From: an uncultured Candidatus Saccharibacteria bacterium
GTDB lineage: Bacteria > Patescibacteriota > Minisyncoccia > Minisyncoccales > Staskawiczbacteraceae
NCBI GenBank assembly: GCA_964599285.1
Contig: CAZREI010000004.1
Span: 1 to 58,994, forward strand
Reading direction: 5' to 3'
DNA length: 58,994 nucleotides
Below, piece after piece: positions 47,092-56,398 of the stretch (position 1 is its first letter; the number at the start of each line of letters is the position of its first letter). The notes beneath the pieces are model-generated. The model worked only from the letters and a program-made list of their open reading frames with translations. It did no database searches and had not been told where the DNA came from. Both the position numbers and the translations under genes were made by a program.

Positions 47092-47154
47092 ATAAATCGC
47101 GGAAAAACGCGGAAAGCAAAAAATCGCCCGAAGGCGACTTTTTGCTTGCAAGCG

Positions 47155-48993
47155 TTAAATCAGTTTTATTAGGTGGTTAATGTCGATGGGTTTGGTCAGG
47201 TGATGGTCAAAGCCGGCTTCCTTGGCCAGTTTTTTATCTTTTTCCTGGCCATATCCGGTAAAGGCGATTAGTTTTATTTTTTTGGCTGAACCCTCGTTTT
47301 TGCGTATCATTTTTGCCACTTGGTAACCATTGATGTCGGGCAGGCCAATATCAATAAAGGCGGCGTCGGGTTTGAACACTTTAGAAATTTTTACGGCGCG
47401 CGTTCCGTTATGGGTGGCTTCTATAACATGCCCCTGTGCCCGCAGAATTTTTGAGATGGCGTTGCGGATGTCCTCATTGTCGTCCACAATCAATACCCGC
47501 GAAACATTTTTTGGAGCCGACCCCGACCCCGCCGCCGCTGAAAACTTTTGATAAACAGTCCGACTCAAAGCGGGCAACCGGATGATAAATTCACTACCCT
47601 TGTTGTGCCCTTTGCTCTTTACCAAAATGGTACCCTTGTGCAGGGACACCAAGTTTTTGACAATATTTAAACCAATGCCAAGTCCGCCAATACCCATGAA
47701 CGGCTGGCCATGATCGCTGAATAGTTCAAAGACTCTTTTGATTTTTGTCGCCTCCATGCCGATGCCGTTGTCTTTGACGCGAAGTTCCATTTTTTTGTTT
47801 TTCAATCCCGCGTAAATTTCTATGCGGCCTTTGGGCTGGGTGTATTTTGAAGCGTTGTTAATAATGTTGACCATAATTTGCTCCAGGCGCACCGGATCAG
47901 CGTTTAGGTACAGGGGGTTTTGGCCAAAGACAACCGACACTTCCTGACCCTTGGTGGCAATAAAGGGCATAGAAGCTTTGACTGAATTTTTTACAATTTC
48001 ACACATATCCACCTTGCTTTTTTTCAGTTCTATCTTGTTGCGGCTCAATCGAGAAACATCTAAAATGTCGTTTAATAAATCGGCCATCATTTTTGATTCT
48101 TTTTCTATCACGTCAACCGCTTCGTGGATGGCCGGATTTTCAATTTGCTGATCTTGCAGGAGCGACTTGATAAACTGGGCGTTGGCCATAATCGGGGTTA
48201 GGGGGTTGCGCAATTCGTGGGACATGATAGAAATGAAATTATTTTTTTCCTCGTCGGTTTTTTTGCGGGCCGTGATGTCGGAAAATATTAGTGCCATTTG
48301 GTGTTCATTGGGTTTGTAGGCGTAGAGTTCAAAATATTTTTTGGTTTTGGCGTTATAGCTTTCAACGTACATGGGTTTGCCGGTAGTGGCGACCTGGTCA
48401 TATTCTTTGCGGGACTTGATGCTTTCTTTGCTTTGGGAATTGGGCGCAAGTTCGTTGGCCGTTTTGCCAACAATTTGATCGCGCGATAACTTTGACAGCT
48501 TTTCAAAAGCCGGGTTGACGTCTACAAATCGGTAGTCAACGGGCTTGTGGCGCTTGTCAAAAATAATATCCTGCAGAGCATAGCCATAGTTCATTTTCTC
48601 AAAAAGCAAATGGTAGCGCTTCTCACTTTCTATTAATCCACTTTCAGCTTTTTTTTGGTCAGTAATATCTGATCCATATACCAGGATTGAACTTAGGTCT
48701 GGCATATAGTAAAAAAAATGCCGAAACCATTTGTTTTGAATTTTTATATCTCGGTTAAATGATTTTGCTCCTCTTTTTAGTATTTTGACAATACTTTTAA
48801 AATTCGAAAAATAGGGGTGGCGTATTCCTTTTTTTTGCAAATCCGGAAAAGTAGCTTTTGTGGCGGCGTTCTGGTAAATAATGTTGCCATGTAAATCAAT
48901 TTCCACCACTGGCCGCGGGTTGAGTCTTGTAAACGAAGCCAGCCTTGCAATTTCTTCTTGAACTTTAATAGGTGGCGATTTTTTCTTATTCAT
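47155..48993 (-). CDS. PAS-domain hybrid sensor histidine kinase with receiver
   Basis: SHELRNPL, NNASKYT, DNGIG, GLGIGL; receiver with DIGLPD. Confidence 0.92.
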   Translation of the reverse strand: MNKKKSPPIKVQEEIARLASFTRLNPRPVVEIDLHGNIIYQNAATKATFPDLQKKGIRHPYFSNFKSIVKILKRGAKSFNRDIKIQNKWFRHFFYYMPDLSSILVYGSDITDQKKAESGLIESEKRYHLLFEKMNYGYALQDIIFDKRHKPVDYRFVDVNPAFEKLSKLSRDQIVGKTANELAPNSQSKESIKSRKEYDQVATTGKPMYVESYNAKTKKYFELYAYKPNEHQMALIFSDITARKKTDEEKNNFISIMSHELRNPLTPIMANAQFIKSLLQDQQIENPAIHEAVDVIEKESKMMADLLNDILDVSRLSRNKIELKKSKVDMCEIVKNSVKASMPFIATKGQEVSVVFGQNPLYLNADPVRLEQIMVNIINNASKYTQPKGRIEIYAGLKNKKMELRVKDNGIGMEATKIKRVFELFSDHGQPFMGIGGLGIGLNIVKNLVSLHKGTILVKSKGHNKGSEFIIRLPALSRTVYQKFSAAAGSGSAPKNVSRVLIVDDNEDIRNAISKILRAQGHVIEATHNGTRAVKISKVFKPDAAFIDIGLPDINGYQVAKMIRKNEGSAKKIKLIAFTGYGQEKDKKLAKEAGFDHHLTKPIDINHLIKLI

Positions 48994-49136
48994 ATTTTTT
49001 ATATTTGCATATCTATAAAATTTGTCCAGACTTTTTTTGCACCGCGCCCCTTGCAACAGACAAGAGTAATGTAGTATCGTATCTTAATGGAGTTGAACAT
49101 TGACAACAACACATATTATAAAGAAGGGGGGTAACT

Positions 49137-49751
49137 TTGGAAGGAAATGTATGGGCACTGACACACGGACTAACATACGGATTGAAACCTCGCGGTAAAC
49201 CAAATCCGGATTTAACCGAAGAGGGAAGTCACGATATCTACAATTTGGGTGTGGGAGGCGAAGGAGCCTTGCTGCATTCTCTGAAAATCCGGCGCGTTAT
49301 CATCGGTATGAATTGGAGGTGCGAAGAAACGCATCATTCCTTGAATATTTTCCCACGGATAGAACCCGAGTTCAATTATTTCTTTGGGGGCGAAGATTCG
49401 GTTACCATCATCGATACCGATTCCGGCAATAAGCAAGTAATGGTTGTCACTGGTTGCGATACGCGGGTGCCCAAGGAACGATGCACTCGGTTATCCGATA
49501 GCCGTGTCTTTCGCTCTGTTGCGTGGAGAATCCTGGAGGAAACAATTGGAAAAGATAATCGGAAGAATGTAATTCTTTATTGCACTGGTGATGCGCTAGC
49601 CGCTTTGGATATCCCTCGGGAGAAAATTCATAGTGCCTGCCTCTACAAGCTCACCATCAGCACCGAAGAAGCGGTGTGCTACATTTATCGGGGGCATCTG
49701 TTAAACCCCCCCGAAGTGGTGAAGCCGGCGTGCAATATAGTAGTAGCCTGA
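49137..49751 (+). CDS. Degenerate histidine-phosphatase-like protein
   Basis: LTHG...PDLTEEG and RCEET resemble RHG...LTxxG...RAxxT, but the Arg of RHG is absent. Confidence 0.45.
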   Translation: MEGNVWALTHGLTYGLKPRGKPNPDLTEEGSHDIYNLGVGGEGALLHSLKIRRVIIGMNWRCEETHHSLNIFPRIEPEFNYFFGGEDSVTIIDTDSGNKQVMVVTGCDTRVPKERCTRLSDSRVFRSVAWRILEETIGKDNRKNVILYCTGDALAALDIPREKIHSACLYKLTISTEEAVCYIYRGHLLNPPEVVKPACNIVVA

Positions 49752-49922
49752 CAACGATGTCGGGCTTTTTTATTTTAGCAAAACTTCATGATTTTTTCAT
49801 TAAAACCAAGTGTTGCAAGACCAAATTTTAATAAGTTTTTAATAAAAAGTTATATATAATGACTCAAGCTATGATCAAGGGGATCGTAGTGATGCCATCT
49901 CAAAGTAGAGAAGGAGTTTGCT

Positions 49923-50774
49923 ATGGTAGCAAATCTGGTAGCATTGGCTAATTCGGGTATCGCATATGCCCTCGCGCTTATCGTTGAGCGCTATGAAAAA
50001 GCCAAGCCTGCCCTGCCCTTCCACGTTACGGGCCATACCCTCCAAGTCGTTGATCGGACGCAACGATTGAGTCAGGCGATGGGCTTGCCTATGGAAGAGC
50101 AATGTTGCTGTTGCCTTGCCGCCGCGTTTCACGACACGGTGTGGAAGTGGCGATTGGAGGTGATGCCCGATGGCGCCATCATCCGCAAAGCGCTTTCGGG
50201 ATACAATGAACGGGCTTCGGCGCAAGATCTTGATTTATGGGCCAGCGCCAAAGGCAGTTTTTCTGCGTACCATATCAGCCTTATGAAAGAGGCTGTTGTG
50301 GCAACCATCACAGTGTGGGATTGGGGAAATGCCTCTATTATCCAGCCGCATTTGTATTACCAAAGCCATCCTGTAGTGCGTTGCGTGGCATTGGCTGATC
50401 TTGGTACCGCGGGCATGGATGCTTTGGCTTTTGTCAACGAAGGCAACGGACGGTTTCGGGAGAAAAACGTTGACATTGACCAGGCCATTGCTCAAGCCCA
50501 AGCCAAAAGCGACGTTTCGCAAAGCCAGCAGGATTGGTATTGCGAACGGATGCTGGAGTGGTCCGAGCGGCAGATTGCGTTTGCCATCGGCCGCAAAAAG
50601 CGTTTTGATAGCGAGCTGGGAAACCTTGAGGGATCGGCTCGTCAGAACGTCACTTTGCTCTTTAGCAATTTTGACCAGTCGATCAAGTTGGTTCACCAGG
50701 CTTTCAAAGATCGACAGGCTATGGGCTTTTGGCCCATGGCAGAAGCGATGGGATACCGCGTTCCCACCAGCTAA
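49923..50774 (+). CDS. HD-domain protein
   Basis: FHVTGH, AAAFHD and ALADLG; AAGGAG SD. Confidence 0.7.
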   Translation: MVANLVALANSGIAYALALIVERYEKAKPALPFHVTGHTLQVVDRTQRLSQAMGLPMEEQCCCCLAAAFHDTVWKWRLEVMPDGAIIRKALSGYNERASAQDLDLWASAKGSFSAYHISLMKEAVVATITVWDWGNASIIQPHLYYQSHPVVRCVALADLGTAGMDALAFVNEGNGRFREKNVDIDQAIAQAQAKSDVSQSQQDWYCERMLEWSERQIAFAIGRKKRFDSELGNLEGSARQNVTLLFSNFDQSIKLVHQAFKDRQAMGFWPMAEAMGYRVPTS

Positions 50775-50923
50775 ATTATCATCATGCTTTGCGACTCTTA
50801 TTGAAGGGTCGCAAAGCTTTTTTTGTCACATTGGTGCGATTTTAATAAAATTTTAATGAATGATTTGTACAATAAATGTGTTGATTCGCGCCAGCGCCCT
50901 TTGTCCTGTTGCACTGAACACTT

Positions 50924-51002
50924 GTCATTCCCGCGGAAGCGGGAATCCAGAACCAGAGATAAAACTTACTAACTCTGGATCCCCGATTGAATCGGGGATG
51001 AC
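50924..51002. repeat. ATTCCC-N8-GGGAAT (dRS3/RPE-like) palindromic element
   Basis: GTCATTCCCGCGGAAGCGGGAATCC...GGATCCCCGATTGAATCGGGGATGAC. Confidence 0.8.
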
Positions 51003-51073
51003 AACGAAAAGAAAAAGGCTTGGCATTTTATTGATTTTTTGGGCGGGTCAATATATAGTATAAAGAAAACGCT

Positions 51074-51754
51074 ATGAGGATACTAATCGTAGAAGACCAG
51101 GAAAAGTTGGTAAAAACCATCAAGACGGGCTTAAAAGCCAAAGGCTACGCCGTTGATTATTTGACCGATGGCCAGAAAGCCTTAAACCGCATTCAAATAA
51201 ACCACACGGATTACGATGTTATCGTTTTAGATCTTTCTTTACCCGGGAAACCCGGACTGGAAATTTGCAAAGCCATGCGCCAGATGAATATTTCTACGCC
51301 GGTGCTGGTGCTTACCGCCGACAACAACGTGGACAGCAAAGTAACCCTGTTTGATGCCGGCGCCGATGATTATTTGGTAAAACCGTTTGCCTTTGAAGAG
51401 CTGTTGGGCAGGATCCGAGCTATCACACGCCGGCCCAAGCAGGCGCTTCCGGTTCAGCTTATGGCTGCCGACTTGGTTCTCAATCCTTCCACCCAAAAAG
51501 TAATGCGGGGGGAACAGGAGGTGCGGTTGACTTTGCGAGAATTTCGCATTTTGGAATACTTCATGCGAAATCCCAATAAAGTTTTGTCGCGCGAGGATAT
51601 TACCAGCAACATTTGGGATTTTGATTATGATTCTTTTTCTAATGTGCTAGATGTGTTTGTCAATAAACTGCGAAATAAAATAGACAAGGGGCGGTATAAT
51701 AAATTGATTCAGACGGTTCACGGTGTGGGATATAAATTGAATACGTACGTGTGA
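51074..51754 (+). CDS. OmpR/PhoB-family response regulator
   Basis: ILIVED, LDLSLP, GADDYLVKPF and IQTVHGVGY. Confidence 0.93.
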   Translation: MRILIVEDQEKLVKTIKTGLKAKGYAVDYLTDGQKALNRIQINHTDYDVIVLDLSLPGKPGLEICKAMRQMNISTPVLVLTADNNVDSKVTLFDAGADDYLVKPFAFEELLGRIRAITRRPKQALPVQLMAADLVLNPSTQKVMRGEQEVRLTLREFRILEYFMRNPNKVLSREDITSNIWDFDYDSFSNVLDVFVNKLRNKIDKGRYNKLIQTVHGVGYKLNTYV

Positions 51755-51758
51755 CCTA

Positions 51759-51894
51759 TCGCTGAAATTACGCTGATTAATACGCTGATATAACGCTGAA
51801 ACGGCAACGCCCCATGGGGCGTTGCCGTTTTCGTCATTGCGCGACCACTCACCGTCATTGCGAGGAGCACCGAAGCAATCCTCGTCGTCATTGC
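51759..51894. repeat. Composite repeat matching 3988-4158
   Basis: TCGCTGAAATTACGCTGAT...AACGCTGAAACGGC hairpin followed by GTCATTGCG units. Confidence 0.75.
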
Positions 51895-52007
51895 GGCCAG
51901 CTGAGCTGGCCAGACCCGCTAAGCGGGTCGATCCGCAGCGCGGTCCCGATGGCGTAACCATCAGGGATCCCGTATGTCCCGATAAAAATCGGGACATACG
52001 GGACAAT

Positions 52008-52193
52008 CTATTTGATCTTTTTTATCAACTTTTGGATTTTTTTGCCATCGGCTAACAAAGATTTTAAGCATTTTTTTTGCCTGGCGGTAAGCGGGCCGTA
52101 CAGTTCCTGCAATAGTAATTCGACCGACAAGCCAACGCTGGTTAAAAGGTTGTTGATGTCGTGAATAATTTTTTCTTGGTTATTTTTTTCCAT
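52008..52193 (-). CDS. Stand-alone HisKA-like (H-box) small protein or kinase fragment
   Basis: IIHDINNLLTSV followed by a helical hairpin; no ATPase domain. Confidence 0.55.
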   Translation of the reverse strand: MEKNNQEKIIHDINNLLTSVGLSVELLLQELYGPLTARQKKCLKSLLADGKKIQKLIKKIK

Positions 52194-52393
52194 GATATTT
52201 GCAGTAGGTTTTATGATATTATCATAATCCTTTTTTAAAAAATAACAATTTTCCTAAAATACTCTATACTACAAATTTAACGGCCGTTAAATTTGTAGTA
52301 TAAGGTGGTTTTTTACTTAAAAATTATTAACACAAAATTCATTATGCAGTGATAGGATTGCAGTTGGGCTTACTATATCTCAATCTCACTACT

Positions 52394-52939
52394 ATGACAT
52401 CGTTAACTCAACAAGAAAAAGATTTTTTGGAAGTTTACCAGGAGCATTCGGATGCCGTTTTTCGATATTGCTACTGGCAAGTTTTTGACGCGGCCGCCGC
52501 GGAAAATATTGTTCAAAAATCTTTTTGCCGCGCCCTCACATACGTTAATTTTCAAGATTTTCGTAACTCGTTGATGATCTTAGTCTACCAAATGGCCGGC
52601 AATATCATCAACGAGTCGCAAAAAACTCCCATGGCGTTTTTCAAAAAAATAGTCCGAAAAGTTTTTTTATCCCATAGCTACGCACAAGGGAAGATCCGGC
52701 ATTATTTTATTGACCAAGAAATTACGCATGCGATACAATCGCTGGACCAACGCCAAAAAGACGCCATCATATTAAAATATATCAGCGGGCTTTCTGTTGA
52801 TCAAATTTCAAACATATTGCATCAGCCCGAAGACGCCATTGAACAGAGCATCCAGCAAGGATTGCTAAAAACACAAGAGATATTGGAAAATAAAGTGCCG
52901 GATTTCTTTTCTACGTTCATCCATATCCATATGTTGTAA
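52394..52939 (+). CDS. ECF-type sigma-70 family factor
   Basis: YQEHSDAVFRYC, AENIVQKSF (region 2); QKDAIILKYISGLSVDQISNIL (region 4). Confidence 0.75.
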   Translation: MTSLTQQEKDFLEVYQEHSDAVFRYCYWQVFDAAAAENIVQKSFCRALTYVNFQDFRNSLMILVYQMAGNIINESQKTPMAFFKKIVRKVFLSHSYAQGKIRHYFIDQEITHAIQSLDQRQKDAIILKYISGLSVDQISNILHQPEDAIEQSIQQGLLKTQEILENKVPDFFSTFIHIHML

Positions 52940-53091
52940 ACTTTGAATTACGCAATGCCCGTTTAAGAAGACTTTTTTGCCTTCTCTCGAATTTCTAAAG
53001 GTCTTAAGTCTAACCTAATCAATCCCAGTCTGTTGGCGCGCGCCAATCCCGCGATGGTATTGGTGCGAATTTACAGATTCGGATTACGTAT

Positions 53092-53169
53092 ATGGCTAGA
53101 ATGTGCCCAGCATGTAATCACGAGCATGAAAAAGGCCAGGCATGCGCCGAGTGTGGTTGCGAAAAATAG
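53092..53169 (+). CDS. 25 aa Cys/His-rich microprotein (MARMCPACNHEHEKGQACAECGCEK)
   Basis: Read directly from the sequence; CxxC-x-H-x-H...CxxCxC; terminator-like hairpin AATCCG/CGGATT plus T run downstream. Confidence 0.6.
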   Translation: MARMCPACNHEHEKGQACAECGCEK

Positions 53170-53259
53170 AAACTGATAGGCCCGTTGATTACCGGACAAT
53201 CCGTTCTTGTGCGTCGCAAGGGCGGATTTTTTATGGTCCAATGTGGCAGTCTATCTACT

Positions 53260-53428
53260 TTGAATTGCGAAATGCCCATTGAAAAAAAGAGTTTCGGGTC
53301 TTTTCTCCAAATTTTGGCTACAAATTCGCTATAATTTTTCGGCGGAGCCGTTGGCTAAGCCGAAAAATTCTATCAAATTTCTATCTCAAAATTTGAAGAA
53401 AATACCTCGAAAGCATTTCGTGATTCAA
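53260..53428. mobile_element. 169 bp MITE-like element, copy 1
   Basis: 16 bp imperfect TIR TTGAATTGCGAAATGC/GCATTTCGTGATTCAA; second copy at 56399-56567. Confidence 0.7.
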
Positions 53429-53530
53429 AGTATCTATCCATATTTTTTGATTTGTGTTAGAATTATCCACAATGCTATGGCGAATTCAGGTAATACGTTA
53501 AACCTAAATATCGAAAACAAATTTTAAAAT

Positions 53531-53971
53531 ATGGAAAATTGCGTGTTTTGTACATTGCCAGAAATTAAGAATAGGGAAATTGTTGCAAATGATCTTGCCA
53601 GAGCTTTTTTGACGAATCTGCCCATCGTTCCTGGCCATATGTTAGTGATTCCAATTCGTTGCGTATCAAGATACGAAGAATTAACTAGGGAAGAGCGGGA
53701 GGCAATAGAAAAATTACGAAACGTGGTAATGGCGGGGCTTAAGAAAAGTTTTGGCGCCGAAGGTTTTAATTTTTCATGGAACGATGGCGTATATGCGGGT
53801 CAAACGGTTGACCATTTTCATTTGCACGTTATTCCAAGAACAAAAGGAGACACAGGTATTTATCAATACGAACCACGAAAATTTTTATACCGTCCCAGTA
53901 CGGAACGTCCCAAAAAACCAGAAAAAGAGTTGGTAGAAATAACTAACATTATTAAAAATAATTTAGAATAA
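53531..53971 (+). CDS. HIT-family nucleotide hydrolase
   Basis: CVFC, PGHMLVIP and HFHLHVIPR. Confidence 0.92.
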   Translation: MENCVFCTLPEIKNREIVANDLARAFLTNLPIVPGHMLVIPIRCVSRYEELTREEREAIEKLRNVVMAGLKKSFGAEGFNFSWNDGVYAGQTVDHFHLHVIPRTKGDTGIYQYEPRKFLYRPSTERPKKPEKELVEITNIIKNNLE

Positions 53972-53972
53972 A

Positions 53973-54515
53973 ATGGCTTACGAAATTGAAACAAAAGTAC
54001 TGGACATTGATGCGGATGCAATTAAGGAAGGGCTTATAGCACTTGGTGCTGTTAAAAAACAGGAAACAAGATTATTGGTTGATTGGTATCAGGTGGCAGG
54101 AACAAAAGAGGGGAGCGAAGATTGGTTTTTGCGGATTAGATCAAATTCAGAAGGTAAGCACGAAGTTACCTGGAAAGCAAAATCAAGCATTATTGGTGTT
54201 GGCAGAAAACATAAGGAGATTAATTTTCTTATTACGGAACCAGAAAAATTGGCAGATTTATTTTTGGAATTGGGCTTGGAAAAATATGCTCACCAAGAAA
54301 AAGACAGGACGTCACTTGCGCTAAAAGATTGGTTGATTGAGATAGATCAATATCCGAATATGCCACCATTTTTGGAAATCGAAGGCAAAGATGAAGATCA
54401 TTTAAAAGAAGCGATAAAACTATTAGGATTGGAAAATAATAGAACTTGGGCCAAAGGCGAACGGATTTTAATCCAGGAAGTTTATGGATTAGATTGGTAT
54501 AATATGAAATTTTAG
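53973..54515 (+). CDS. CYTH-domain protein
   Basis: YEIETK (ExExK), FLRIR, EVTWK, EKDR and FLEIEG. Confidence 0.88.
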   Translation: MAYEIETKVLDIDADAIKEGLIALGAVKKQETRLLVDWYQVAGTKEGSEDWFLRIRSNSEGKHEVTWKAKSSIIGVGRKHKEINFLITEPEKLADLFLELGLEKYAHQEKDRTSLALKDWLIEIDQYPNMPPFLEIEGKDEDHLKEAIKLLGLENNRTWAKGERILIQEVYGLDWYNMKF

Positions 54516-54548
54516 GGATTTGAAATTGATTAAATTTTTAAAAGTATT

Positions 54549-54833
54549 ATGTATGTAGAAGAAGTTTTAAATACAGAAAAAAAGTTGACGAAAGAGAATC
54601 AGAAAGATATTCTGCGGATGATGTCTATGAATAGATTAGGCACAGGATTAATAGACCCTGGTTTTTATGAAACTAGAGCGTTATTCGACTTAATTGAGTC
54701 AATAGAAAAACTAGATAAGAATAGTACTAAATTATCTAAAAAAGTTATTTTCCTAACATGGGTATTGGTTTTTCTCACTATAGTGTTGGTTGTTTTAACG
54801 ATTCTTCTTACGGTTCTAGCTTTTAAGAAATGA
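54549..54833 (+). CDS. Small protein with C-terminal TM
   Basis: Hydrophobic C-terminus; coupled to the next gene by an ATGA overlap. Confidence 0.55.
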   Translation: MYVEEVLNTEKKLTKENQKDILRMMSMNRLGTGLIDPGFYETRALFDLIESIEKLDKNSTKLSKKVIFLTWVLVFLTIVLVVLTILLTVLAFKK

Positions 54834-55693
54834 AACAAAAAAAATATACCGTTATTCTTTTCTACAAGTTCAGTAGGATTAAAAAGCCGGAACAGTTTAA
54901 AAACAAGCAACGGAAAATTGCCGAGCATTTTGGTTTGCTCGGACGAATGCTAGTGGCGCACGAGGGAGTGAATGCCACGTTTGAAGGGACTTCCAAAAAC
55001 ATCAAGGGGTACATCAAAGAACTGCGAAAACAAAGTATTTTTAAAAAAGTAGTGTTTAAGGAAAGTGTGGGAAATGGCAAAGCTTTTACCAAGTTGCAGG
55101 TAAAAGTACGGCCGGAAACCGTGACGCTGGGAGTAGGGGACTTGGATGTCAAAAAAAATACGGCTACCATGATAACGCCCGCACAGCTTAACAAAATGTA
55201 TGATAAAAAAGAAGATTTTGTGATTTTGGATTTGCGCAATGATTACGAAATCCAAGCAGGCTATTTTGAAAAAACGGTAAATCCGAAGATGCGATTTTTC
55301 CGCGAACTGCCGCAGAAAATAAAAAATCTTCAACATTTAAAAACCAAAAAAGTGGTAACGGTTTGTACCGGTGACATACGATGTGAAAAGGGCAGTTGCT
55401 TGCTCAAAAAAGAAGGCTTTAAAAATGTGTACCAGTTGCAAGATGGCATTCACACTTATATGAAAAAATATCCAGGCAAGCGATTTAAGGGAACGCTGTT
55501 TGTGTTTGATAATCGCATGACAACGCCCGTGATTGATGTGTCAAACCGCCAAGTTGTAGCCAAGTGTTTTTATTGTGCGACACCTTGCGAAGAATTTTAC
55601 AATGATGATTCGGTTCGGCCATCGCGCAAAGTTATTTGTTGCCAAAATTGTATTATGCGACATAAAAAGCTAAGAAAATGCGTTCCGGCGTAA
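54830..55693 (+). CDS. trhO: Rhodanese-domain protein, TrhO/YceA-like tRNA U34 hydroxylase
   Basis: ILFYKF, GRMLVAHEGVNAT, LDLRNDYE, CTGDIRCEK, GTLFVFDNR and a C-terminal Cys cluster. Confidence 0.8.
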   Translation: MKQKKYTVILFYKFSRIKKPEQFKNKQRKIAEHFGLLGRMLVAHEGVNATFEGTSKNIKGYIKELRKQSIFKKVVFKESVGNGKAFTKLQVKVRPETVTLGVGDLDVKKNTATMITPAQLNKMYDKKEDFVILDLRNDYEIQAGYFEKTVNPKMRFFRELPQKIKNLQHLKTKKVVTVCTGDIRCEKGSCLLKKEGFKNVYQLQDGIHTYMKKYPGKRFKGTLFVFDNRMTTPVIDVSNRQVVAKCFYCATPCEEFYNDDSVRPSRKVICCQNCIMRHKKLRKCVPA

Positions 55694-55698
55694 AAATC

Positions 55699-55726
55699 TT
55701 GACAGCGTTTTTATTTCTGGTAGACT
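55699..55726 (+). promoter_or_regulatory. Sigma70-type promoter
   Basis: TTGACA-16 nt-TAGACT. Confidence 0.6.
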
Positions 55727-55732
55727 CAAATC

Positions 55733-56110
55733 CAAGATGGTATCGCATCTGCCAATTGTTTTCAGAAAGCTATGTATAAAAATAAATAGTTTTCTGAAGA
55801 CGGTTGGCAGGGCATTGCGTGTTGTTCCCCGCACATACCATGGCAGCTTGTGTGGGCTGAATTCGGAGGCGGGTCTCAATCGTGGGACCGTTACAGAGCA
55901 AGTCTCTAAGAACCCTCCAAAGGGAAGGAGGTTCTGGGAAAAGTTTTCCCTAACTTTCCAGAGGTGGAATCCTCTTGAGAGCTGCTCATGGCGTGGCACA
56001 TTGCCACTTCAACCCTTCAGTGATTTAGCTCCCCTGCCAACCGTCTTTCCGTTCTTTTTTCTCATCTTTATCTTCGCCTAGGGCCACAGCGATTGTTGTG
56101 GCCTTTCCCT
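55733..56110 (+). ncRNA. Candidate highly structured ncRNA, unassigned family
   Basis: 16 bp long-range stem 55797-55812/56032-56047, nested stems, alternative 25 bp 5' hairpin with G-U pairs; flanked by promoter and terminator. Confidence 0.55.
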
Positions 56111-56293
56111 TTTTAGTAAATTTGATTTTCATTCATTTGACGGAGTCATTTTTTTTTGCTAAAATTTTAAACACGTGGGCCCATAGTTCATCTTGCCCTG
56201 TTAAATAATTTTGATTAAAAATCAAAATTAAAATCATATGGATTTTATTTAACAGGGTGAAGTAGAACGCCATTTGCACATATTTCTTTTGGT

Positions 56294-56368
56294 GGGCGCG
56301 TAGTTCAGTGGTGGAACGCCATACTGATAATATGGAGGTCGAAGGTCCGATTCCTTCCGCGCCCACCA
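56294..56368 (+). tRNA. tRNA-Ile(GAT)
   Basis: GGGCGCG/CGCGCCC acceptor, CCATA-CT-GAT-AA-TATGG anticodon arm, CCA encoded; T loop TCCGATT is atypical. Confidence 0.9.
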
Positions 56369-56398
56369 AAAGAAATATGGAGGCTCTGCTCAATTATC

